Source: an uncultured Nitrososphaerota archaeon (lineage in GTDB: Archaea > Thermoproteota > Nitrososphaeria > Nitrososphaerales > Nitrosopumilaceae). Taken from it: 64,000 bases of DNA. This document shows, piece after piece, positions 41,275-52,052 of this stretch (position 1 is its first letter; each line of letters begins with the position of its first letter). The notes below the pieces were generated by a model that saw only the letters and a program-made list of their open reading frames with translations, ran no database searches and was not told where the DNA came from. A program made the translations under genes and the position numbers. Where the stretch lies: positions 259,976 to 323,975 of the forward strand of contig CAWGPD010000003.1 of assembly GCA_963824385.1 (NCBI GenBank), written 5' to 3'.

Positions 41275-42827
41275 TTACTCTATTGTTACGGTGATGTATT
41301 TTGATACTGTAATATCCTGATATCTTGCACCTAGCAAGAGTTGGTAAGTTCCTGCGTTAGCAAAATTATCTGCTGATACTGTCACCTTTTCTGTCTTTGA
41401 CTTGTCAACTGTAAGTTGGGTATTTTGTGGTATGACTGAAATATTTTGTGTTCCAGCTGTATTTGCTGTAATGATTGATACTGGTGATGTCAACTGCTCT
41501 TGTGGTGTAATGTTTAATGAAACTGTTGCATTTTGTCCACGATGTATAGTAATTGAGGTATCAGACGCATTTACTTGAATTGGTAATGGTATACTAGAAT
41601 CCAGAACACCTATGTTATTTTCAACCCATTCTGCAAACCACACCTTGTTGTGGTATACTGTAAAGTCAAGAACTTGGGCTACTCCGCAGTCTTGCAATGT
41701 TCCACAATCAGACCAGTTGGGATTCTTGGAAGGAACTAGATATTCTACAAGAGACTGAGTTGATGAATCATACACTCCTAAAGTATTTGCAACTTGTTCG
41801 TTAAACCATAGTCGTCCTTGGTCATCAAAGTGATTCCAGTATGGTCTTGATATTGGTGTCTTGATGAGTCCTGACGCATTTCCATATGAAGATATTTGTG
41901 GAGGAGAGGTTAGATATTTTGTAAATTGGTTACTACTAGGATCAAAATCAAAAAAGAGACTACTTGCAGTATCCATTATCCACAACTTGCCTGCTGAATC
42001 AATTGCAATTCCATTGGGTGCTTGAATTTCTTGAGGTAAAGTATATTGAGTATAATTGCCAGTTTTTTGGTCATATTTTACAAGATTTCCTCCCTGTTGG
42101 TATTTCCAAACTGTATACCACACATTACCTTCAGGATCAGTTGTCATTGTACTTGTAAAGTTGTAGCTTCCAGGAGATGGAATACTTGTTACATCAAGAC
42201 CTGGACCGATGCTGTCTGTAGTAAATATTCCAATTTTTTTACCAGTAAAGTCATTGACATAGGCATTTTTACCATCTATGAAAAGCATTTGTGGAAAAGA
42301 ACCATTTGTGCCGTTGCTATTAGGGAATACAAATCTTGTATAACTCTTGTCTGTTGGATTAAATTTCCAGATCAAACTGTGCTGAGAATCTGTAAACCAA
42401 ATATTGCCATCTTGAGCAGGACTAATGCCCCACATCATGGATTTTTCTCCCTTCTGCCATTGTACATTGGTAAATTCTTGGAATGTCTTTGAAGATGGAT
42501 CAAACTTACCCAAGTTGCCAGTATTTGATTCTGTAAACCATACATTACCTGCAGGATCTGTAACAATTGCCAGTGGTTGAGTACAAGCTGTTGGTATTTT
42601 GTATTCTGTAATATATGTGCTGGACTGGGCAGGACCTGTTTCACAAAAAGTTGTTCTCTTGTTGTCTGGATAATTGTCTGCAGGTGTTCCAGTAACTGTC
42701 AGACCCTGTGTTCTGATTACTAGGTGTTGCAACTCTTCCCCCTCCAAGAAATGCCGCAGCTTACTGTAGAAACTATAAATATTGCCATAAATGCTATTGC
42801 AAGAAGCCTTTTGGTATTCTTGTTCAC
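41275..42827 (-). CDS. Exported beta-propeller protein (Vgb-lyase-like/NHL repeats); frameshifted N-terminus near 42710-42765
   Basis: Repeated GNVWFTE/GNIWFTD/GRLWFNE blades; signal peptide from GTG 42827 is out of frame with the main ORF. Confidence 0.78.
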
Positions 42828-42893
42828 AAAATCTTGGCTGTTTTTACCTTGTTATATCTTATACGTAAAATGCTGAGAATGAATATGAATGAT

Positions 42894-43442
42894 TTATTGT
42901 TTTCTCTTTATTGATAATGTCTTTTGTACTTCGTTTAAACTACTTAGAAACTTTTGTTTGGCCTCGTACTCATCGGTTACTTTTATGACAATTTCTGATG
43001 CCGAAAACATGACATCTTTTACAAGTATTGGTGGGGAGAGCCCTAATAGCTCGCTTAGTATTGTAAGTATGTTGTTGAAAGTGACATTATTTTTGTAATG
43101 AAAAATTGTATTGCCATCTACAATCTTTGGGTTTGGCTCTAAAGGAATTACTAGTTCATGTGAAGCAAATTCAGTTATGAACGTCGAAATGTCTTCTTTA
43201 ATCTTTGTACTCAAATCTTCTTTTTGTGCACCGAGTTTCTCTTTTGCACTTTCCAAATCTGTTGTTGGATCGTGATAGTCTTGACCTATCATCTTTGCAA
43301 ATGTTGATTCTGTAGGGCTTTTGAGTGGAATTTCATGGATTCTAAAATTTACTGTTGCAAGCTCATCTTCTACCTCCTTTAGATTTGTTCTATTTTCTTT
43401 GATTCGGGTTGCTACCTGTTCTAAGAATGTAAAATCTGACAT
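42894..43442 (-). CDS. Uncharacterised protein coupled to the tubulin gene (N-terminal coiled-coil hairpin)
   Basis: ATG 2 nt after the tubulin stop; heptad-like helices in the first ~90 aa. Confidence 0.8.
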   Translation of the reverse strand: MSDFTFLEQVATRIKENRTNLKEVEDELATVNFRIHEIPLKSPTESTFAKMIGQDYHDPTTDLESAKEKLGAQKEDLSTKIKEDISTFITEFASHELVIPLEPNPKIVDGNTIFHYKNNVTFNNILTILSELLGLSPPILVKDVMFSASEIVIKVTDEYEAKQKFLSSLNEVQKTLSIKRKQ

Positions 43443-43444
43443 GT

Positions 43445-44830
43445 CTAGCTAAACTCATGGACTACGTCCATGAGGCTTGCCTTGAATTCCTCAGTGGTTA
43501 ATCCCCACTTTCCATATTCTTCTTTGAAAGCATCCCATGAAGCTTCTGCTTCACTTGCAATCTCTAAAATCTTTGTTCCAATTGCTTTTGTGTTGACAAG
43601 TATTGTAATATTTGCCTGTTCAGTTTCTAAGATTGGAATCTTGATGAATATCATTCTTGACTCCTCGATGTGGAATCTGTCTTTTATTATGTTCTTTATG
43701 ACGTCTCTTTCCTTTGCTTCAAAATCTCCACTTATTTTGACAAGTATGCAACAAGAGTCTTTAGGTCCACCTTTGTCTCTTATGTCATTTTCATCAATAT
43801 CAAACAATACTGCATCTTCTTTCTTATTGATGTGTTCTATGATTCCCTCCATTGTGTTATGTTTAGTACCGGTCAAATCAGCACCCCATTGTCTTTCTTC
43901 TGGAACCACTGGAATTACCCATGTGACTGCAAATCTTGGTCTTTTTGTTGCAAGCCATGTCCTATAGTTTGACATATCCCACTCTGTTTCTCTTGCAAAG
44001 GATGCAACAAACATTGACATTGCATTTGCCGCAATCAAGTTCATTCCTCTATAATCCTTCCAACCTACCTCGTGTTCCTTTGGAAGATCATCTATAATTG
44101 ATGACATTTTGTCTAATCTTTTCTCATGCTTTTGTGCTAGCTCTCTTAGTCTTTTATTTGAAAATAGAATTGAACAATCGCTGTATTTTATCTGATATTC
44201 TAGATTCATTACAATATTGATGGCAGATGCTTCTAAAATTACTGGATCCCATCCAAACTCTGGCAATAATCCAAATGATGCAATTGTTGCATGCTCCTTT
44301 GTATCTTTTTTAATATATTCCATGAAAGCACTGGCAAATGAGGCACCTGTGCCCCCGCCCATTGCAAATGGAACTGTAAAACCTCTAACTGGTTCTGGAG
44401 AAAGACTGGAAAGTTGCTTTTGCATATCGTATTTTGTACTTACTTCTTTGATGAATCTTGTACGGCCCTCTGCCCAATTTCTTGCAGCACCTCCAGATCC
44501 TGATATTACATGCTTGTCTCTTAGTGCAAAAAGATCTGGATATGACTGTAATATCAAATTGGCAGCTCTTGGGTCTAGATCGATTAATAGTGCTCTTGGA
44601 ATTAATGGAATTTCACTTCCGCCGTATGTATTTGGAAATCGCAAAATAGTACTTCCATATCTCTTGAGGATGCGGGATTCATCTTTTTCACCCTTTAAAG
44701 TTGGTTTTAGGGGATTAGCGCCAATGTCAATTAATAATCTTCTATATGTCTCTGCCCCAAGACCGATTCCGCAATGACCAAAACATGTCATTATAACTGG
44801 TGCGGGTGGTAATGGTGCAAACTTTGACAA
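43445..44830 (-). CDS. Tubulin of eukaryotic type (artubulin-like)
   Basis: GHCGIGLG, PRALLIDLDP, GAARNWAEG, GGGTGAS, and C-terminal AFKEEYGKWGLTTEEF matching tubulin H11-H12. Confidence 0.9.
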   Translation of the reverse strand: MSKFAPLPPAPVIMTCFGHCGIGLGAETYRRLLIDIGANPLKPTLKGEKDESRILKRYGSTILRFPNTYGGSEIPLIPRALLIDLDPRAANLILQSYPDLFALRDKHVISGSGGAARNWAEGRTRFIKEVSTKYDMQKQLSSLSPEPVRGFTVPFAMGGGTGASFASAFMEYIKKDTKEHATIASFGLLPEFGWDPVILEASAINIVMNLEYQIKYSDCSILFSNKRLRELAQKHEKRLDKMSSIIDDLPKEHEVGWKDYRGMNLIAANAMSMFVASFARETEWDMSNYRTWLATKRPRFAVTWVIPVVPEERQWGADLTGTKHNTMEGIIEHINKKEDAVLFDIDENDIRDKGGPKDSCCILVKISGDFEAKERDVIKNIIKDRFHIEESRMIFIKIPILETEQANITILVNTKAIGTKILEIASEAEASWDAFKEEYGKWGLTTEEFKASLMDVVHEFS

Positions 44831-44992
44831 GTCTAATCATTATTCAAAACTGGAACTTGTCTCTTTAACCATATAGTTCAAGATTGTAAAGTCCATACTT
44901 GATAGTTATAGACATGATATTGATTTTATTCCAATTTAGATCCTATACTCAGTTCGTCTTTTTGAATTTAAGATTTAAGGAGAATTTCTTCT

Positions 44993-45292
44993 TTATTCGT
45001 CTTCTGTAATGGCATTCTTGAGTTTTCTAAACTCTTCAACTGTTATCTGACCTTCTGCAAGTCTTACTCGAAGTAGTTCTAATGACTCGTGTCTTTTACT
45101 TGGTTTGATACTTGGAGGTTGCTCCCCCTCCACAACTTTCACAGATTCGGTTAATGATTGGATATATCTATAATCAGACATGACGACAGGTTCTCCTTTT
45201 TTTATAACTTCCATTATTTCTCGTAATCTCTTTGAATCCCCCTTACCAGATGTCAGCAAATTCTTTACGATTTTTAGTATTTCTTCAGACAT
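44993..45292 (-). CDS. SHOCT-domain protein with N-terminal GD..RL module
   Basis: LELLRVRLAEGQITVEEFRKLK (SHOCT). Confidence 0.78.
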   Translation of the reverse strand: MSEEILKIVKNLLTSGKGDSKRLREIMEVIKKGEPVVMSDYRYIQSLTESVKVVEGEQPPSIKPSKRHESLELLRVRLAEGQITVEEFRKLKNAITEDE

Positions 45293-45293
45293 T

Positions 45294-46108
45294 TTATTTC
45301 ACTATAGTCTTGAATTTGGGATTCCCTTTTAGTTTATCGAATGAAGAGTCTTTGACTGCCCATTTCTTTATGGTTTTGCCATACTGAGAGATGGCCTGTG
45401 CAAGAAGAATTAATGCATCGGTATCTTCACCAAGTTGAGCCTTACTTCTTGCTTTTGCATAAATAATGGTGCCATTTTTTGGAAACTCCTTTAGTATTTT
45501 ATCAAATATGGATATTGCATCTTCATGTCTTCCAAGTTCAGATAATTCAGTTGCCTTGTAAAATAACGCTTCATTATTTTCTGGTTCTTTTTCTAGAACT
45601 TTATCAAGAAAGAATATGGAATCCTCATGCTTTCTTTGCTTACCTAGAACCAATCCCTTGTAGTAAATAGATTGTATGTTTTCTGGTTCATTACCTAGTA
45701 CTTTATTGAAGCAGTCAAGAGCCTCATCATATCTTTCAAGTCTAATTGTTGCAATTCCTTTATTGTATAATGCTGGAATGTAATTGGAATTAGTTGCTAA
45801 CGATCTATCATAATATGTGATTGCTTTTTCAAATTGTTGCAATTCCGAATAGTAATTTCCCAAATTATTTAGTGCGTCAACATGATCATGCTTGTATGCA
45901 ATTATTTTCTCAAAGCATGATACTGCGTCCTTGTTTTTCTTTAGTCTCTAACAAAGACATTCCCTTGTTGTAAAGCGCTTCTATGTTTTGAGGATCTTGT
46001 TTTAAACTCTGGTCAAAAAATGAGATCGCATTCTTGTGTTTTCCAAGCTTGGCATAACTAATCCCTTCCTAGGATCATTTTTTGGGTCGGTGTTTTATCT
46101 GAACTCAT
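45294..46108 (-). CDS. TPR-repeat protein; two apparent frameshifts in the 5' part (~45945, ~46068)
   Basis: Tandem TPRs (ALYNKG, SIYYKG, ALFYKA); further TPR codons upstream to ATG 46108 in shifted frames. Confidence 0.8.
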
Positions 46109-46223
46109 TTTACTATATTTGAAAGATTCTAGATGTGATGTTTAATGTTTTATTTTTGCTATAAAAGTAGAAAATTAGATAAATCCAAGATCTTTGCATA
46201 TACAACAAGATGAAAATTAACTC

Positions 46224-46580
46224 TCATGATTTTCTCTGGCGTACAACTCGTTGCCTACCAGAACGGGGGCGAATTGGGTCTTCAATCGTCCTATTATGAA
46301 GTACTAATTGTTCGTGTACATCCTGAAATATTGTCTAGTCAAGGACTTCCAAAGGAATCAGTAGAAAAAAAAACATTTGGTAAGATAGGTATAATTCTAT
46401 TATGGGTTTAGAAAAGCATCTAGGTTAATTGTTCCTGCATATGACAAAGAGAATACGAGGATGATAATTTCACAGATTATTCTTGATGGACTTGAGGATC
46501 TTAATATGACTTATCCACATATGGGCAAAAAACGCCAAGAAGAATTGCACTCATTTAGAAAATTATTGGAAAAGAAATAA
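46224..46580 (+). pseudogene. ppk2: Polyphosphate kinase 2 (class III-like) remnant
   Basis: HDFLWRTTRCLPERGRIG / FNR.YYE.VLIVRVHPEIL fragments, then the C-terminal VPAYDKENTRMIISQIILDGL..L..TYP; N-terminus and middle missing. Confidence 0.85.
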
Positions 46581-46664
46581 TTCTAATATTGTATTCTTAA
46601 ATTATTTGTAATTATTAATTTTGAAAATTAAATGAACTAATTTGTTAATCTAGTAGTTATTTAT

Positions 46665-47945
46665 CTAATTCTTTGTATCTTGTATTGTATCGGGAAATAC
46701 CTTTTTGATATATCTTGAAAGAACTGGATATTGAATTATCAAAGAAGATAGGACCACTCCAAACGTAATTGTCTTTAGTATTTCTTTGAATTCACTCTCA
46801 GGAAGAGTTGCTACAAGTGCAACAGAAAGTGCTCCTCTCATACCTCCTATCATGACTACGTTTCTCCACACTCCTGATGTTTTTTCCTTTGTAAATCGAT
46901 TGGTTGCTGCAAGTATTGGATATGTAGATGCAGCTCTTGCTGCTAATACTATGATCACTGCAAGTGCAATTAGAGGTAGATTCTGACCTATTCGAACAAT
47001 ATCCATACTCAATCCTAGATACAGAAATGCAACAGAGTTTGCAAAGAATGCAATCATCTCCCAAAAGTTTGATGTGTATGCTCTTACCTTTTCACTTATA
47101 ATGTGTGGCTTTCGCATAATCACTCCAAACCATAATCCTGCAGCAGCTGCTGCAACAAGGCCTGAGAGACCAAGTGAGTTTGCAATTACAACTGAGCCAA
47201 AAAGCACTGCTACTGAAAGTGCGGTCTCAGAAAATGGCTCTTCTAATAATCTATGTAAAAACTGTGAACCTATGGCAAGCCCAATTCCTATTCCAATTCC
47301 TCCAAAAAATACAATAGCAAATTGTCCAATTGTTTTTAAAATGTCGACATTGATTGCAGATGAGGTACTTGGTGAAAGTAATGATCCTTGTGCTACTGAT
47401 AATGCTATGATTGAAGAAAATATGATTGCACCAGCAGCATCATTAAAACTAGCTTCTGATTCCATCAGTTGAGCAAGTTGAATTGGAACTTTGACTCTCT
47501 TAAAAACTTCAATTACAATTGCAGCATCAGTGGGAGCAATTAATGCAGCAAAGGCAAATGCAACAATTGTTGGAAGTCCTGCAAGATATGATAGTAATAG
47601 TCCGCCTACTATAGTTGCTACTCCAACTCCGACTGTGGATAACAATAACGATGATATTCTAATTGTCTTGAATTGTTCTCGATCTATTCTCATCATAGCT
47701 TCGAAAATCAGGGGTGGAATGACAAAGTATAGTATCAATTTTGGGTCTACCTTGAATCCTGAAATATTTGGAATACCATGACCTGTAAAATCTATAACTG
47801 AAATTACAATTCCAATACCTACCAAAATCATGGTATATGGAATCTTTACTTTTGTTGCAATCAGAGTGGCAAGAAATATTGTTACAAGAAAGACTGGAAT
47901 GATATACTCATTTGATAAAAGATGACCCAGACTTAATTCCGACAT
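46665..47945 (-). CDS. CPA1 Na+(K+)/H+ antiporter (NhaP type)
   Basis: PPLIFEA, IAPTDAA, ESEASFNDA, GGMRGALS. Confidence 0.92.
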   Translation of the reverse strand: MSELSLGHLLSNEYIIPVFLVTIFLATLIATKVKIPYTMILVGIGIVISVIDFTGHGIPNISGFKVDPKLILYFVIPPLIFEAMMRIDREQFKTIRISSLLLSTVGVGVATIVGGLLLSYLAGLPTIVAFAFAALIAPTDAAIVIEVFKRVKVPIQLAQLMESEASFNDAAGAIIFSSIIALSVAQGSLLSPSTSSAINVDILKTIGQFAIVFFGGIGIGIGLAIGSQFLHRLLEEPFSETALSVAVLFGSVVIANSLGLSGLVAAAAAGLWFGVIMRKPHIISEKVRAYTSNFWEMIAFFANSVAFLYLGLSMDIVRIGQNLPLIALAVIIVLAARAASTYPILAATNRFTKEKTSGVWRNVVMIGGMRGALSVALVATLPESEFKEILKTITFGVVLSSLIIQYPVLSRYIKKVFPDTIQDTKN

Positions 47946-48043
47946 CTTTAGACTCTAGTATCCAAATTATAAAAATCGTTCCTAGATAATGATGATTTCT
48001 TGATTATTTTTTTGATTTATCTTCATTCTTAAAATCTGTAATC

Positions 48044-50534
48044 TCAGGAAAACTCCTTTCTTACGCTTTGGATAAATCTTGCATGAATTCTTATTCTTTC
48101 CAAGGTCTGTGCAAGTTTCATCTCAGTACCAGGAACGTGATGTTTAGTAAAAAATTTCTTGATTCTCTCTTTCTTTTCCCAAATCTGCTTCAACTGAAAC
48201 ACTACCAATTATTCTATTAAGAAGTGGATTTCCGACCCCAAATCTTGACACAATACTCTTCCAGTTTTGCTTTATCCATGGCCAGACAAGTTCTTTTCCT
48301 TGTGGGTTTGTTACCATTCTTGCAATTGGTTGAAATAAATTCTGAGTTCTGACCTCTTTTGAGAGTGTAAATGAAAGTGTTTTTGTTAGTAACTTTTTAT
48401 CCTGAAAGTTTGCAAGCGAACTTAATAATCTGACCATCTCCTCCTGTGTCGGTGCTTTACGATACAAACCAAGCATTTTTTGATATGTAGAAGCATCTCC
48501 ACTCCATGCTATTGTAGAATAAATTGGACTTCGTAGATCCGGGTTTAACTGACCGTTTTTTAACAGATTAGAAAATCTTGATTTTGCTTCTAAGATTATT
48601 TCTTTATCTTCTAGTCTTCCAAGTGAACTGATTATTTGTCCACGAAGAAGTGAGGTTGTTGGCTTTTCACCTTTAACTGCATCCCATCCTAACTTTGAAA
48701 ACACCTTGTTAAAGAAATCCAAATTGAATTCTTTAATCTCTTGCCAAAATTCTTCTTTTGATAATAGTGTATAGAAAAAGTTCAAACTGCCTATGATATC
48801 TGACAAAACCACATAATCATCTTCATCTTCGTAATGTCTTACAAATTCCAAATAATTTTTGAATGATATTTGGTTTGAAACACACAATGCAAATAGATCA
48901 TGGTGAATACTCCATCGATCAACATTTGACATGGATTTTTCTTCAATTCTACTTCCAAGTACCTCTAGAGCAGTTTCATCATATTTTACTCGATAAAATC
49001 CCTTTTGACCGTCGTTTACCTTGAACCCCTCTGATGCCTTGTAAGGGATTATCACTGATCCTTTCATCAGTTTATTGACTACTCTGTCTCCAATTCTAAC
49101 AGAGAGCGGAATTATCCAATTTCCTTGCTTTGTCTTTCCGTTAGTTTCTAAGAGAAATCTTCTTTGGGATAATCTTAATTTTGAATCTTTCACATGTGCA
49201 TCAATAACTGGATATCCTATCTGTCTTACCCATGTATCCATCATCTGTCTTACTGGTTGTCTTGATATGGAACCCAATGAATTCCAAAGATCCTCAGTTG
49301 TAGCATTAGCATATTCATGTTTTTTGAGATATTGATGCAATCCTTTTTGGAAATTATCTTCTCCAATAAATTTTTCAAGCATCATTAATACACAACCTCC
49401 CTTGTTGTAACTAATTTCATCAAATATCTGTCTGACATCTGCGGGACTTTTTACTGGAACATCAATTGGATGTGATGATTTTAAAGAATCAAGACTTAGC
49501 CCGCCTGTCATCTCTGATATGAGAAACTGATCCCAAAAGTCCCACTCTGGATATAATGCATCAACTGCCTTGGTTGCCATAAATGTGGCAAAACTTTCAT
49601 TGAGCCATAGATCATTCCACCATTTCATTGTGACCAAATTGCCAAACCACTGATGTGCTATCTCGTGTGCAATGACTTCTGCGATATGTTGTTTAGTTTC
49701 AGTCGATGATGTCCTTGGATCATACAGTAATATCGTCTCTCTAAATGTAATTGCTCCCCAATTTTCCATTGCTCCTGATGCAAAGTCTGGTATTGCAATC
49801 ATGTCAAGCTTGGGTAACGGATATCTAATTTTGAAATATTTTTCAAAATATGAAAGGAATTGTTTTGTAAATTCTAACGATAGTTTTCCTTGATGTTTCT
49901 TTCCATGTGTTGTGATAACTCGTATCAATGTCTTACCGGACTTGGCTGAAATGTATTCGAATTCTCCTACTGCCAGATAAAGAAGATATGTGGACATTAT
50001 TGGAGTGGTATCAAATCTGTATAGTGTTTTTAGACCCTTCTTTTTCTTTGATATTACTGGCATGTTTGAAATTGCGGTATGATTGTTATCAACTAGAAGA
50101 GAGACATCAAATGTTGCCTTGGCCTCAGGTTCATCCCAGCAAGGAAATGCTCTTCGGGCATCTGCTGCCTCAAATTGGGTAGTTGCAAGATATTTTTCTG
50201 TTCCTTTGTACTTGTACTTGCTTCTATAGAATCCAACTAGTTTATCATTTAATTGTCCTATGAAATCGATTGAGAGAACTGCAGTACCTGATATTTTCTT
50301 AGGTAATACGATGGTTAATTCCTCTGTTTTTACATCAAGCTGTGTCTTTGGGTTTATCTCTATCCCATTATATGATATTTGACATTTTTTTATTTCTAGT
50401 TCAGCAGCATGTAAAACTATTTTACTTGTTGAATTAGATACTTGAATTGAAATTTTTTCTTTTCCTTTGAAAATAAATTTCTTAAAGTCTGGTTCGAACT
50501 CTATATCATAGTGAATGGGAAAGACGTTCTTCAC
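48044..50534 (-). CDS. pepN: M1 aminopeptidase (PepN / tricorn-interacting factor type); +1 frameshift near 48165
   Basis: GAMENWG, HEIAHQWFG..WLNE, ERAP1-like C-terminus continuing LAQTLERIRIH to TGA at 48044. Confidence 0.92.
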
Positions 50535-50569
50535 AAGATTTTGGTTCTAATATACACGTAATATACTTT

Positions 50570-51067
50570 CTAATGTAGAGATCTAACTAACCAATGTATG
50601 AAATGAACCCCAAAAAATACGATTGCAACAGATTTTACTGTTTTACCTGTTGTCATTGCAACAGTATATTTTACAATATTGTATCTTTTTGTCCCAGCTA
50701 TAATCGATACAACATCACCAATTATGGGAATCCACGGAGAGAAGAAAATTATTGTAGCCCAACCATATTTTGTCATTATGTTGATACTTTTTTGTTCATA
50801 TTTTTTTTCTGGTGTCTTTCTGAGTTTTCGTAATAGTCTTCCATTGTACCCAAGATAATATGCAATGTATCCACCAATTATGGAACTAATTGTTAATACA
50901 AGAAATACATCTAGCGGTTTTATTCTTCCTAATAGTAATGCCGAGACAGTTAACTCGGTAGGAATTGGAATAAAACTTGAAAACATTCCATTGAAAAAGA
51001 GACCCCAAAGTCCATATTTTATAAATATGGCATCACGTAGTACGGAATTTATAAACTCATGAAGCAT
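50570..51067 (-). CDS. DedA/VTT (YqaA-like) membrane protein
   Basis: SSFIPIPTE, GGYIAYYLG, PIIGD. Confidence 0.85.
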   Translation of the reverse strand: MLHEFINSVLRDAIFIKYGLWGLFFNGMFSSFIPIPTELTVSALLLGRIKPLDVFLVLTISSIIGGYIAYYLGYNGRLLRKLRKTPEKKYEQKSINIMTKYGWATIIFFSPWIPIIGDVVSIIAGTKRYNIVKYTVAMTTGKTVKSVAIVFFGVHFIHWLVRSLH

Positions 51068-51315
51068 TGTCTAAAATCTCTTTTACTCATTTTAAATGAA
51101 TTGCCATACTTTACATCATGATCATATATTGCATTTCCAATTTTCTTAAGTAATTTAGCTTTTGACTTTTGTACTTTTTTATCAGGACCATAATCTTTTT
51201 TCTCTATCAAATCATGTAGTCTCTCAAGCTCCTCCCTTGATAGTCCATTGACTCCTTTTGTAAATACAATGTCTAAAAGTTGGAGTCTTTCAAGATCGTC
51301 ACTATTGTTTTCCAT
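51049..51315 (-). CDS. Hypothetical protein
   Basis: 88-aa ORF overlapping the dedA start. Confidence 0.6.
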   Translation of the reverse strand: MENNSDDLERLQLLDIVFTKGVNGLSREELERLHDLIEKKDYGPDKKVQKSKAKLLKKIGNAIYDHDVKYGNSFKMSKRDFRQCFMSL

Positions 51316-51342
51316 GAATATCTATTGCTCTATCTTTAATAT

Positions 51343-51576
51343 TTGTCTTCACGAAAATATATTGTGCTTTACAAGGTATCTGTATCGTTTCACAAGAACC
51401 ACATTGAAATCATAGGCGATCACATTGAGATTGGTATTATGGTAAACCCTGTAAAAGGAGAAGCTAATCTTGAGATAATAAAAAAAATCGCAAAACATCT
51501 AGGCATGCCTAAATCCAATGTAAAAATTGTGGCGGGGAAAAAATCTAGAGACAAGATAGTCGAAGTAACACAATAA
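51343..51576 (+). CDS. DUF167/YggU-family protein
   Basis: PVKGEANLEII..IAKHLG.PKS.V.IVAG.KSRDK. Confidence 0.85.
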   Translation: MSSRKYIVLYKVSVSFHKNHIEIIGDHIEIGIMVNPVKGEANLEIIKKIAKHLGMPKSNVKIVAGKKSRDKIVEVTQ

Positions 51577-51616
51577 TCTGCCAAACCCTAAAAAATGAGA
51601 GTGTTCAATTCTTATT

Positions 51617-52012
51617 GTGAACAAAACTGTTGTTGTATTACTTTTTAGCATAATCATGGTATTTTCTGTTATTCCTTCTGGATATTCTCAAACTACATCT
51701 AGTGCTACGCTTGAAAATGGTATGTGGAACACAAAGGTTGGAAAACAAGTCCAGATAGCAACCGATGTTACCAGCGGTCTAGATAGGTCTCAGCCCTTTG
51801 CGTATATAGTCCAAGTACAAAACCAAGACGGCGTAGTGTATTCTTTATCATGGATTACAGGAATGCTTGATGCAGGACAATCACTTAGTCCATCTCAGTC
51901 ATGGATGCCTACCGCTCCTGGCACATATACTGCACAGATCTATGTCTGGACAAGTGTGAATAACCCCGATGCACTGTCTCCCCCACTTACAATGAAGATT
52001 ATAGTATCGTAA
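51617..52012 (+). CDS. Secreted single Ig-like domain resembling the thaumarchaeal S-layer protein C-terminus
   Basis: Signal peptide; QPFAYIVQVQ..DG...LSWITG.L..GQS.SP..SW.P..PGTYTA..YVW....P.ALSP. Confidence 0.7.
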   Translation: MNKTVVVLLFSIIMVFSVIPSGYSQTTSSATLENGMWNTKVGKQVQIATDVTSGLDRSQPFAYIVQVQNQDGVVYSLSWITGMLDAGQSLSPSQSWMPTAPGTYTAQIYVWTSVNNPDALSPPLTMKIIVS

Positions 52013-52052
52013 ATTAGCATCAGTTATAATTTAGAAATTTTGAAGTATGTTT

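Noticed and set aside
42894..43442. Firm call as CdvB/Snf7 ESCRT-III
   Set aside because: Only a generic helical hairpin is visible and the C-terminal half does not look like CdvB; left uncharacterised pending a profile search
44834..44842. TAATCATTA half-site of the MarR-type operator next to the tubulin start
   Set aside because: Only one 9-bp AT-rich arm with no partner arm; compatible with chance
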